A stretch of 64,000 nucleotides of DNA from Phoronis australis (Eukaryota > Animalia > Phoronida): positions 25,742-89,741 of the forward strand of contig NMRA01000890.1 in NCBI GenBank assembly GCA_002633005.1. Reading direction: 5' to 3'. Shown in pieces: positions 49,925-62,349 of the stretch. Under the pieces are notes generated by a model. That model was given only the letters and a program-made list of their open reading frames with translations. It was not told where the DNA came from and made no database searches. The translations under genes were made by a program, and so were the position numbers. The number at the start of each line of letters is the position of its first letter. Positions within the stretch are counted from its first letter, which is position 1.

Positions 49925-52722
49925 CAAGTTTACATTATTTCTCTGGCAGAGAATTGTTCTAACTACACTACACTTGTCTTTTGGAAAACCACTGTATCCC
50001 TTACATAGGTGATGAGTAGGCTAATGATACTGAGTGAACCGTGATTCCATCTTTGCCCCAGGTATGGATCAACAAACACAAAGAGGGCAGGTGCTCCATA
50101 ATAGCAGAATGTAGAAATCCCGACCATTATCTATGCTGGGGAGGGAAGTTTTATGTTAACGTACCGTGTAACAAAGACAGTAATTGCCACTGATATTGTG
50201 GATATAAGTTGAATCGCCATAAGCGTCACATGGAAACGTTGATTTAGACGGAACGCAACTCTCATCCACTTCAGTGCACTATTGCCCAGTCGACATCACT
50301 TGTAACCCCGACAGCAATTTACCACTTACCAGCCCTTTATGGTCACGTCAGCAGGAAATTGAAATTTACTACGAGGGGGAACGCAAACGTAATTGTCTTT
50401 GCCAAACTTTTCAACGTGATCCCAACGTCAGATTCTTCGATATCTTCCAAGTCGTTGTCAAGTTCGCACCTCTCTAGCTAGGGCTTTGGAGGAGAAACCC
50501 CGAGGAAGTAGCCACCAGAAGCATTAGCATCCAACCTTCAACAATCTTTTTCAGAAAAAGGATAATCTTTAGACATGTGCGCGTTAGGAGATGACGTATT
50601 TAGTGAGTGGTTTACCCCTTTATGAATTTCACTTTATATGAGTGCCAAAAAGCTGTACTAGTACAATCATTTTCAGGGGTACAAAATAACGTGAGAAACC
50701 CTTACCACGAGCTGCAAAGTCTGGACAATTACGGAGAATGAAACAGCACCATATAGGAATGACTTTGGTATGGAACCTCGCCTCTGAAACAGCGGTAACA
50801 ATGTTGCCTATTTTCGAGAATATTAGGCTTAGGGAGACTTGAGGCTATGCATTGAATGGAATATTTTCATTTGTACGAATCCGTCGTCCTTGGTACACTG
50901 CCTAGAGGGCTGTTTCATAAACGTTTCTTGAAAAGGGGTTCCCATGTTTCCATGTTGCTTTCTAACGCTTTCTGGACGAACATGCACGTGTAACTTTTAC
51001 TGCTGTACATTGCATATTTCGTAATTATTATTAAAACGAATAAAAAATTAACTGCTCGCGGAATTCATTGTCTGGCGTCGAAATCCACAAATTTCAGCCT
51101 GCGTTAAAGTTCAAGTTTCAAAACATCACTAATTTTTTACAACGTTACCTTTTAATAGAAAAAGATACAAATCAGTCTACCATAGATGTAGTAACACGTA
51201 CATGTATATCAAAACCCGTGTAGGTTACCCGTGACCAGTTACTTATTTTGCGTATTCGTTTCATCATTTACTCACAGATAAAATATTTTTCNGTACAAAA
51301 TAACGTGAGAAACCCTTACCACGAGCTGCAAAGTCTGGATAATTACGGAGAATGAAACAGCACCATATAGGAATGACTTTGGTATGGAACCTCGCCTCTG
51401 AATCAGCGGTAACAATGTTGCCTATTTTCGAGAATATTAGGCTTAGGGAGACTTGAGGCTATGCATTGAATGGAACATTTTCATTTGTACGAATCCGTCG
51501 TCCTTGGTACACTGCCTAGAGGGCTGTTTCATAAACGTTTCTTGAAAAGGGGTTCCCATGTTTCCATGTTGCTTTCTAACGCTTTCTGGACGAACATGCA
51601 CGTGTAACTTTTACTGCTGTACATTGCATATTTCGTAATTATTATTAAAACGAATAAAAAATTAACTGCTCGCGGAATTCATTGTCTGGCGTCGAAATCC
51701 ACAAATTTCAGCCTGCGTTAAAGTTCAAGTTTCAAAACATCACAATTTTTTTACAACGTTACCTTTTAATAGAAAAAGATACAAATCAGTCTACCATAGA
51801 TGTAGTAACACGTACATGTATATCAAAACCCGTGTAGGTTACCCGTGACCAGTTACTTATTTTGCGTATTCGTTTCATCATTTACTCACAGATAAAATAT
51901 TTTTCGTCTCATTTTATCTTTATTATGAGCTCCTCTTTGACCAATGACGTTTTCTAATAATATAACAGAAAACTGAGCCCTCAATTCAATAATTAGGGAC
52001 TAAGCTATTAAAGTAGGGGCGTTGAATGAAAATCTCAATAATATTGAAAATTTAGCTTATAATTCACTCTCGATTTGTGGCAAAGACAAACACATGTAAT
52101 GACTTGGTAATGATACTCAAGCAGTATAAGAAAAGACATTTTTTGTTTTAACATACCCATTAGTACGCAAATATTTCAGGGAACTTATTCGGGACTGTTT
52201 TATGCAACCGGGCACTGAAAACACAAACTCGACATTTTGAGACGTCAAATGCTACCTTTGCAAATCCTAAAGGCACACACAACGCTTGAATTCGGTAACG
52301 AACTAAAACACATTTGAGATTAATGCAGGACGGGCTAGAGTTAAGTCTGTTTGGGTGTAGAACTGTCATGATCTGATATAAACAAATGCATTTTTATTCG
52401 AATTAATATTTTGTTTGACCTACCGCAAGACGTGACTAAAGTGTTAGCGTCTGGTCGCAACTTGTCTGCTTTCACCAGGCGTGCATACCGTAGACCAGAG
52501 AACATCGCAAAAAGCAAGGTCACGTAAGAACTTGCTAGAAATTTCTTCCCTCGCGAAATTCTTTCGTCTACAGAAATCACCTAGGTGTCAACAAGTTTCA
52601 TAATTTAAACTTATTGTAGATTAAAATATCAGAAGAACATTCTCGGCTTGGTTCGTATCGATAGGCCCCTCCGTATAACACGCGTGCTACAGTTATTGAT
52701 GAATAATAAAATACGCAATGTC

Positions 52723-53039
52723 CTAGGGCGGATACAGGATTATTATTTAGGGGGGCAAGGCAGAGTCATAACGCGAAGTTGTCGTGAGGACTCGATTGGG
52801 ACCTCAGGGGTCTCACGCTCCACCGGCTAAATTGAAAAGGCTTTGTCCAGTCACGCGTTGTGGATCATAAATCGAGATAATGATACCAACAGCTGACGCG
52901 ACAAGCAGAACTACTTTCTTTTACTTCATTTGTGCACTAACTGGAGAAATTTAGAATTAGACTTTTAAACACTATCCGATCGTCAACTTTTTTCGGGAGA
53001 CNTTAGGGGGGGGCATGCCCCCCTCTAAATCCGCCACTG
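52723..53039. mobile_element. hAT-type MITE with GC-rich ends (spans an N join)
   Basis: Left ctagggcggatacag..gggggg; right cccccctctaaatccgccactg (reverse complement CAGTGGCGGATTTAG). Confidence 0.55.
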
Positions 53040-54049
53040 ACTTATTGTCCGCGCTTCATTTCAAACCAATGTCCAAGCCCATTCACTGTACTACATAACA
53101 CATGGGTACTCATGCAATTAATGGTCACAAAGGAAACTTTGATATTAACTTCAACTTACAGATTAAAAAATTTGATAACCATTATGAAATTCGGAGTTGT
53201 CTACTCAGTTAGTGAAAAGACGGATTCCCAGCCTTTGCTTTATGTGCAATCTATATTTTGTGAAAATTGTGTAGATTAGGTGCTCAAGTGGAAAAGGCTT
53301 CAAGTTGCTGCAGAATTCACCAACGTTCTTTGACTGCCGTAAACCCGAGGCAGAGGATAATATTTCAGGAAAAATTACCGCTGTCTACAACATTATGCAC
53401 ACTGTGGCTGAGATCAATCAAACGAAGAAGGGTAATTGAATTAAACAGAAAAATACAGTTTTAATAGCTATGAAATGTGTCACATCTATTTACAATACAT
53501 CGGGTAGACGGAAGTAAAAAATCAATAATTCTACCCGAAACGTTGAGCGCCAGTGGCTATTACAGTACGCCCTATCGGTGCGCAAACAGAATTAAAGTGA
53601 CGTTGTCGGCAAGATTACAAATTTGAGACAAGCCCCAGCGTTGAGTCAAACCCAAAAGTCTCACATTGCAGTCACACGCTCTGCTGACTGAACTCAAATC
53701 CATTCAGTACATAGTAATATTTTTTCAGGGTATTTAAGAGGCATTCCATATGAAAAACTAGAAGATTTTCAAAAAACAGCCACACCATGATTACAAACAG
53801 ACGCCTAACGTGATTTTTGATTTCTATTAATTTTCTCCTGGAATCCCTCTTACAAGTGCAACTACATGTATATTTGGCCTGCTCCTCATGGACTGCTTCA
53901 AACATTGCGCTTTGTGAAAGGCGATGTACTTACACGACCAAATTGCATCTCTTGTCTCCTCAATCTGGGGATATTGATGGGTTATACCATGGCATTAAAC
54001 GTGGTGAGGATATAATCATAGGGAGCGTGGAATATTTATAGACATTCAT

Positions 54050-55330
54050 GTCCCTCAGTTCATCTGGTTTTGATGAAACATTTGAGCTTGCAGACGCGAA
54101 TATCTGGGCTGCACTCATCCAGGACCAGTTCAAAGAAGCGTTGTCTCGTTCGTGATGGTTGGAGGAACAAATGAATCTCATTGATGAGGTCAATCATGTT
54201 TCGGAGTGCTGGAACAGAGCACGGTTTGCCAATAGACAGGCTAAGGACATGCCAATTGAAGTGAGTTAACACGGATAGTGGGAAATCTCTCTGGATGAGG
54301 GCTCGAGCTCCACTCACATGACTCGCCGTAGCTGACGCCCCGTCGAACGACAGACCACGAAGGAGCTGCGGGTCTAGTGCATTGGCAATATCTTGTCCAA
54401 TACTCCTTAAGTTTCTAGGTGGAAGAATTCAACGAAAAACTATTTACCAGATTCCATAAGTATCTCTTCCCTCATCATCAACATGCTGTAATAGGACACT
54501 GTTGACAGTGGTGTAGGCCCTTCTTTAGGTTTGAGCTGTGCAATGACATCTATGCTCTCGTTTTGTGCCGTTTTAGAAGCGTAACATTGACTCGTCTTTC
54601 CCTGCTCCAAGCATACTGTCAGTGATATAGCGCTTTTCGACGTGTGCTCTAAAATGGCAAGGAAATTACCCCTGTTCGTGTCTTTATCAGACGCGGCATC
54701 ATTGCGGTGTCCTCTTAAGGACAGGCTTTGAATTCTACCGTGTCCACAACTGCGAAAGGATATGTTTAATTTTGTCACATAGTTCTTGTCGCTGCTTGTA
54801 AATTCCACTGTCAATTCTGCAGGTTTTTGCAATGTTCGATAAACTATTTACCAGCTACCATAACCTCGTGATGGAAAATGTGATTGTCATGGGAAGACGC
54901 GGGTAGACATCTTTCTCTTTTGCTTTACCTGAGCTCCTGAACGGGTACGCCACCAAACTGCACGCAGCCACTCTTCCTTGCGGCTTAGCAAACCGGACAC
55001 GGTATTGACAATAACCACCAGCTTCAGAAATGGAAGAAGCAAGGCACGGATAATATCGTAACCATGGCTACTGGAATGTCAAGGGTACCTCCTTCCCCCA
55101 TCCACGCACTTTATATGAATATTGAGCAAAATCGTAGCCTGTGTGTTTGCATGTTACAAACTGAAATCTTTCACTGTCAGACAAAATCGAAGCGTTTCCA
55201 CTCTCCACAATTACACCAATGTCATACATGGGAGGAGAGATTGTGCCATCTGGGACAGTACAGGGTGTACTGTTATATGGGTATGAGCGTTTTATCGGGG
55301 GAGAGGGTCATTCTGCAAAAAATCCGGTAT
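54050..55330 (-). pseudogene. hAT transposase pseudogene (ZMYM1/THAP12-like, TTF-type zinc finger and DUF4371 region)
   Basis: Minus-strand fragments WLRY...GGYC; LSLRGH...NRGNFLAILE; Y.SK.AQNE.I; LRGLSFDGAS; LK.F.KTR* (TRW motif disrupted); many frameshifts. Confidence 0.88.
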
Positions 55331-55403
55331 AGAAGACGGCAGTGATACTTAATGTGGGTAGGAAGACGGTCAGTTCTGAAGTCGGAAGCAGGGCATTTTT
55401 GCC

Positions 55404-56650
55404 GTTTATCAATAGAATGTGCCAAAGTGCTGAAGATTTGAACCTCAGTAACAATGTCAAGGCTCTCTTGAAGGCTCTGACTGATGAAGCCAGTAGTTGT
55501 ATGTAATCCAACAGTGGCATTAAAAAGCCTGTTAAGAAACGCGTCAAATTTAAACTTATCCCTTCGAAGCCGGGAATACTAACAGCAAAACCTGTGTCAA
55601 GAGTCCGAAAGGAGCAACGCTCAACTGTAGCATCCCAGGAGATACAACAGTGGTTAGTTTGTCTGCTGTAAATCTGGCTACGACTAAGTGCTTATTCATT
55701 AGTCCACCTGACAAAGATGTGTAGCTGGATTGAAACCACCAAGGTACATAGGCGCATTACTAACAATTGTTCTGGCCTATTTGACACACGACTAATGGTC
55801 CTGATAACAATAAATGGTAGCGGTCTGGTACAGGTACCGTTCGTGCGCAGGGAGCTTAGATAGGCCTGTTGTACCCATTCAACTGGAACCATGTTGATGC
55901 TTTATCACACAATAGTTAAAACAGAGTCGAGAATTAGATACCCGACTAAAGATCTTACCACGGCCTCCGGATCTTGAGTAACGAAAGAGGGCGAACACCA
56001 GGAATCAGATAAGCGCAAAACGGTGGAAATAAGCGGATATTTATTCCAATCTGCTATGCCGCATCTCTTTTGTGCGTAAAATGTTATGCTTACTTTTATT
56101 AGGCTTCACTACGGCTTGTGACCTTTAATGTTTAGGGGCACTTCTCCGACAATTTACCAATTGCTTGTCGTTGGATGAGTACACAAGGGAGAAATGATTT
56201 TGTTCTACGATTATTAAAATTTTCCTTACTTGCTGTATATGCAATGATCTATGCATACGTCTTCACCAGAAAGAAACGAGTGCTTATAAGAACGTCTTTG
56301 AATCCGTATGTACACAATACTTCATTCTTTTAGCCTTGTAAACCCTCAACAGTTTTCAAAATCAATCACATCCCGGAACATTGGCAAAGTTCTGACACCT
56401 ACAGTTGTGGCTAAGTAAAGATTTCATTTCCCAAGTAGTTCGTTTTTGTGTTTGACAAGTTACTAAACTGATCTCAATCGCTTGTGTGCCTAGATGTTTA
56501 CTGAAGTACATGTACTTCATTTTTATCGTTTCTAACTAAGAGTAAGCAAAGCGCCTCACTGCCTTATCGCGGAACGAAATTCGCTTAATTTTTATCTCAA
56601 TAAAGGATCTGCTTGAATGCTAAACAATAAGGCGCAACGCAATGCAAAGT
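55404..56650 (+). pseudogene. Degenerate partial duplicate of TRMT1L exon 7 and intron 7 (source about 14606-16040)
   Basis: tttatcaatagaatgtgccaaagtgctgaaga is identical to 14607. CAA>TAA stop at 55504, internal deletion, and the intron sequence remains colinear. Confidence 0.9.
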
Positions 56651-57013
56651 TTTCCGCAATCCTACCGAAGTTTCATGTCTTGAACACATCCACTAACAAA
56701 AGAAACTGTAGGAACACCGAATTTATTCACCTTCACTCTTATCAGGCTTCAATTGTGTGTCAGCATGCGTGAATAATTGTGTGATAAGTCACCTATGGAA
56801 CTACTTTTGGCTGAATGGATGACCAGGTCATAAAATGATAATTAGCCAAGACGAGTTAACAAATTGCCGACTTCATAAATGTGGTTTATCAAACCTGGTC
56901 TTCCTACAAATGGTCTAATTTTAGACCCAATTTGCATTTCACCAACGTAGTTTGAAAGTCTGAAAGCCTGGTTTTGTTAGACCAGGGAGCCGGTTTAGTA
57001 AAACCAGGTTTAA

Positions 57014-59280
57014 AGGAGCATGCCACCCAAAAACAACTTAATTTGTATCAATTTTGATCGAGTAGTTCTACTCCATAACGACACGTACGGTTGCGTTACC
57101 TGACACCTGACGGCAGACGGAGGTGTTGAAATTATCCAATGACGTCATCGGTTTCACACGTTGTCTGTTCAACAGTTCACTGTGTGTCAGCTTATCGCTT
57201 GAAGTCATCGTTTAACACCAATACATCATCAAACTTCGATGTAAAATCCTTAAAAATACACCGAGTTCTTATAAAAAATTGTTGTTTTATTTCGCTCTTA
57301 CGGATTTATTGGTATTTGGACACACCGTATCCTACAAAGTTCGGTAGGCCAATAAGGTCCGTAGCGCAGAATGGTGAATGTTGGCCAATTCCCCTTTTGT
57401 CCACTGACGTCACAAGCATACTGGCGCCCCCAGTGGAGGTCCTGAGAACTCTTAAATAAACCGAGTTCATGAACCCGATAGTATCCAGCCTAGCAACAGC
57501 CGAGCCAAGCTGGCGAACAGATTTGTTTTTATTGTGGGACGTTGAGTATCGTTTTTTCTAAAGACATAATGCATGGAATATAATAATGAATGGCATATAG
57601 TATCAATTAATTATGATTGAAAGATTCCTTTTTAGTCGAGCGTAAACGAGGCTATTTCGCGTGGGGATAAAACTTTGGCTTTGCCGTGTGTAAGACAGAA
57701 GAACATTTAGATGGTGTTGCAGGATTGCGAGTATGAATATTCCAATTGTCTTAATTTATTGGAACAATATTAAATTTCTGAGAGGTATGACATGCAACAT
57801 TAACTAAAAAACACACTAAAACATAGCAACTCTGGAAAAATCATAAAAAATACTTTAACCACAGTAGACAGTATGCTTGTTTACGAGTTCTCAGGGCCTC
57901 CACAGGGGGCGCCAGTATGCTTGTGACGTCAGTGCACAAAAGGGGAATTGGCCAACATTCACCATTCTGTGCCGTAGCAGGAGTTTGGGGTCTGTTCGGA
58001 GACGGAAGTATTTTCCGTGAGATATAAACAGGAGAACCTAGATCTGTGTTGTTTAGACTTATGGTTTTTTGAGTTCTAAACACAAAACGCTTGTTATCCT
58101 GGCCACTAGTGGCCCGGTGCCCGATGAGGCCCCTCGCGGCCGGCCGGATTGACTCCGAGTCGTTATCCCCGGCCGGCCAGTGGCTCGGAAACTGATCAGA
58201 CATCACGAACATAAACCAGCCAAAGTTCAGTGGAAACTAAACTTCCAGTCAAGAAAATACTATACTAGTGAGCCAAAGTAATGTGCACCTGATTATGTTG
58301 GTGAATTAGTAACGAAATTGCACTGCTCGTCGGGGGCCGCAAATTAAGGTTTCGCTTTGGCCACAGCACCGTCAGGGCAGAAGTTGTACATTGACAATCA
58401 TTATTTGAGTAATGTAAATGTAAATAAAGATTGCCCTAACAACTGGCCGTGGGATGGAATTCGAGTTTCTGTCAGCAAACACGAAATTAGCATGAGCTCA
58501 CGCGGCCTCGGTGTCCCGTCAGTTAGTTTATTGCACCTAAAGCCAGTAACGCAGTGATTTATTCATTGCTGGCTTCTCAAATCATTTGCTCTCACGAACA
58601 CTCCAAAGGCATTTCAAATTGCATCTAATGAGACAGACTTTGTTTCAGTTTTATACTGTATAAGTATTGGTTAGGGTGTTAATAATTCATTTTAAAACAG
58701 AACGCTCAGTAATAAACGCCAACATGGCAACTCGCAAGCCCGACTTAGTACGAGCAAGAGCTCATCAGGCCCGACTTCGCTGATGGGTTGTTAAGTTTTA
58801 TAGGCTATCAATTCTTACAGGAATGCACTGATGAACAAATACTAGAGAGGCGCCGTGAACAAGCTCAGACAACGGAACGTATGGAGTTATTTGGTAAGCC
58901 GCATTCGTCAGGCACTGTCGACGTCTGCCGGCCACAGACACGGATGTGTTTCATGGCCTCATACTTGCTATTTACTGCGTGCATATCATTCTTCACTACC
59001 ATGAACCACTTCCTAAACATTCCGGACTCTCGAGAAAGGAAAAAAACGATATACCAGCTTTCCTCGCAGCTACTTAGTTCGGACAAGCGGGAACGATGCA
59101 CCGCAACATAGCGGCATTCACTCTGCATATGAACCACTGACGTCGCTAGTGTCGTTTCTCACCTTCCTCAAAGGTCAACGCGACACCTCTTGGCAAGGTA
59201 AGGTCGACCGTATGCGAGGCGAAGTGGATATAGACGGATTGAGACGGAAAAAAGTCAACTAAATCGGGTGGAATTCTCCT
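57014..59280. mobile_element. Kolobok-type element, copy 3, interrupted by a nested insertion
   Basis: TTAA flanks at 57010-57013 and 59281-59284; colinear with copies 1 and 2 except for 57365-57971. Confidence 0.85.
57365..57971. mobile_element. 607-bp MITE with ~86-bp TIRs nested in Kolobok copy 3
   Basis: cgcagaatggtgaatgttggccaattcccc... / ...ggggaattggccaacattcaccattctgtg. The empty site is visible in copy 2 (aggtccgtagcagg). Confidence 0.9.
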
Positions 59281-60039
59281 TTAAAGTATCTAAGCCACCC
59301 TTCTGTGTCGATCTGGATTAACCCAACAAAGAAACAATTTACATGTAAGTGCTTCAATGAAACCTTGATCACGTGGGTTTACAATGGCACACACTAGTAG
59401 AATCAGTGCAGACATTTGCGAAAAAGGGGTAAAAGATTTTCCATGAGGAAAAACGTAATGTCTGTGACCAACACACGTATACACACATTAAAGTACATGC
59501 TCACTATTAGCCGTAATATTATAAATGTCGAAATTTATTTCCGTGCCATTTTAGTGTTTATTTTTCGCGGCCGAAGGGGGGCAAGACCCCAACATTAAAT
59601 CGGGGACCAATGGAGGTGGAACTCACAAGAATCAGAAAAGGCTGTCTTCTGTCAAACCCGTAGCGCTTATAACGATGACGCCCTGCTCGACCAGTCGTAT
59701 TTTGAAGAATCCGCAGGACACTATGCAGCACGAACTGGTCTACACATAGGAAGATCCAAGGGGGTCAAGGGGTCCGGACTCCCTTTTTGCTCGATTTTAC
59801 TGAGATCAAATCTATAATCTTCAAATTGTCGAATTGGTCCCCACTTTTAAAAACTCCAATTAAAACTGATTTAGACCAGGTCTAAATAGGAGTTAAACCA
59901 GGTTTTACTAGACCACTGGTCTAAAAGTTAAGCCACTTTATGAAATGCAGATTATCTTTAAGCCTGGCCTAAGTCCAGTTTCAACCAGGTTTAACTTTAA
60001 ACCACCTTTATGAAATCGGCTGTATAAGTCTAAGTGATA

Positions 60040-60800
60040 TGGCTCAATTTCGGGAGTGCCGACCATTTTGGTCAAAGTCATTCGAGGAGGCATTTTGAGA
60101 AGTTTGAACCAGTACGTGATCACGGCAACATAGTGATTAGTGAAATAACGGCAACCGCCGATATGCGCTCAGTGCAGCATTATTTCAGCATGAATTTCTA
60201 CACCCAATACACGCCTGCAAAATTTAATTTGCACTTGTTCTAACCAGTTGTATTCTTGTAAGCCCCATATTTCGGCTCCATATCATCAACCGGGGTAAAT
60301 TATTTTATCAAATGTCTCATAAGCCACACGTGGTTGAAATATGGTCCAGCTTCTTTGTAGCTTATCGACTGTAATGGCTACCTCCGTGGCTTGGGCTGAC
60401 AGGGTCTGAGCAGCCTTAGTCCACAATAACTTTGGCGTTAACACAACACCAAGATACTTGTAGCTGGCATGGAAATCACTTCGAGGTTTTCACATCCAAA
60501 ACACCACATCTTACAATTTCTCAAGGGACCTCCGTTTCTAAACACCATAACTGTGGTCTTCACTAAATTTACAGACACGCTCCATTCCTGGCAGAACTTA
60601 CTTAAAGCACACAGTAGTTTTTGCAGTTTAACTGGATATTAAGTTCACAAAGCCATATCATCAGCATAATACATGTACAAAACTTTCACATCGGAAACAT
60701 TTTGACATAGATGAATACCATCATCATTACTAGAATGGATACCTTCTACAAAGTCTTTAGGTTTTTAAGTAATCACCATGAACTCCAATAATAAACTTTC
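60040..60800 (-). mobile_element. Degenerate LINE RT remnant
   Basis: Minus strand reads LCYADDM, KFCQEWSVSVNLVKTTVMVFRNGG, YKYLGV, YGAEIWG. Confidence 0.8.
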
Positions 60801-62057
60801 AAAGACAAGTGACTGTGTAGACTCGATTCGACACTTGCTCTGTAATGAAACCTTGGACAAATGTTGTATTGAAACAAATGCTCAAATTTTACATAATGTT
60901 AAACTCGATAGTTGTTTTTTTTTGTAAATTGCATAGAAAATTAATTGTGCCACAGTAACAATTTACATGTTTGACACGTTTTCACGTGATGTGACCAACA
61001 TACATTCGTACATGTATGACCTGTGTGGAGACATAAATGTATGAATACAGTGCCTTCAACAATTTGCTTATCAATATAATGGAGCTTCCCAGGTTGTACA
61101 CGTGCGTCTGTTGATGTTAATTTTGCTTTTAATACTCGTTTTAATAGATTAAATAGAAAATTCGCACATACACGTGCAGTTGTACAAATTTACTTTACTA
61201 TTTAGACCGATTTATAGCAACACTTTACATATCACTTTTGGCTATGGATATTCTCATGTTACGACCGGTAGGGTTCACGTTAATCACGGGCGGGCAGAAC
61301 CTGATACTGGAAAGCAATAAAAGTTCCTGAATCGAAAGTTGACAGACAGGAAACAAAAAACACACTCGCCTATCCGTTTGAGAGACCAAGACCCATAAGG
61401 CAATTCTCTGTTCACGAATCAAGACTGACGGACGACCTGTATCTAACTTCGTCGTAGCCCCCATGCGGTTTAGTTTTTCAAAGTCTCCATTCATATGCAA
61501 TGCCCTCGAAGATCTCTCCCGTTTATTCACTGCAAGATGACATGTGGCACGATTTTCCATTGAGAACACTCTTTTGGTATTCAGTATCTCTAAAAGGCGA
61601 GTTTATTGATCTGGATTGTGTAATGACGTGGTTACCTGGCGTGCGTTCAGTAGACGCTAGGACATACGCTAGGACCTAGCTAAAACGTAGTTAAAGTCAT
61701 GTGTTCTTATTTAAAATTCACGGCAATATCTCACGTAATCTCGCGAAGTCTTGCTTTTTAGCGAGGTCCTAGCGTTACTGAACGGGAGGCTGGTTGTTGC
61801 ACTTCGATCACTTGGTGTGCTTGTAGTTCATTGGAAAGCGCAATAACCCCTCCTGAGAAGTATTAGCATGACCCTTGAATGTTTCCCATTGAGTGGGTCG
61901 GCCTGTTGTTTCAGATTGCGGCCATTTCCTTGAAAGCGGTCACCGTGAGGAGATGATGTCTTACCCGATACATGAAGGACGATACAGGTGCGTAACTTCT
62001 GTCATTAATTACATTTTTGTCTGGCTGACTGCTGTTACAGTTATCCACCTGTGGCAA
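60502..62057 (+). repeat. Diverged direct copy of positions 1-~1370
   Basis: Colinear by eye throughout, with small indels and one MITE insertion at 61639-61789. Confidence 0.92.
61639..61789. mobile_element. ~150-bp MITE (copy 2) with CTG TSD
   Basis: The empty site at about 1103-1114 (gttacctggttg) shows that ctg was duplicated. Confidence 0.85.
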
Positions 62058-62309
62058 CTGTTTGGTGTACAGGTAGCTGTAATACGAATATGTTTTAAGT
62101 TTCGGCTGTATTTGACAGCAGTTTTACTTTAAGTCATACTCATACATTAGTGTTCGGATAGTGATGACGCACATTTATTCAAATGGATATTCACTGAGAA
62201 GACTATGGCTTTAAGAGAACAACTGCTGTCCGTGTAAATACTTTGAATATACATTTGAATTTTTGTATTTCTGTATGAGTATGCAAAGCCTACGATGTAC
62301 AGTAAGTGA

Positions 62310-62310
<1 letters not shown>

Positions 62311-62349
<39 letters not shown>
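62311..62349. repeat. (ATT)n microsatellite
   Basis: Direct reading. Confidence 0.95.

Larger units (their letters stand above)
56866..60020. mobile_element. Matching MITE-like inverted ends enclosing Kolobok copy 3
   Basis: gccgacttcataaatgtggttta at 56866 versus taaaccacctttatgaaatcggc ending at 60020; internal accagg/cctggt repeats. These could be two independent truncated copies. Confidence 0.5.

Noticed and set aside
50680-51905. ~612-bp tandem duplication
   Set aside because: Split by the N at 51292; treated as an assembly artefact.
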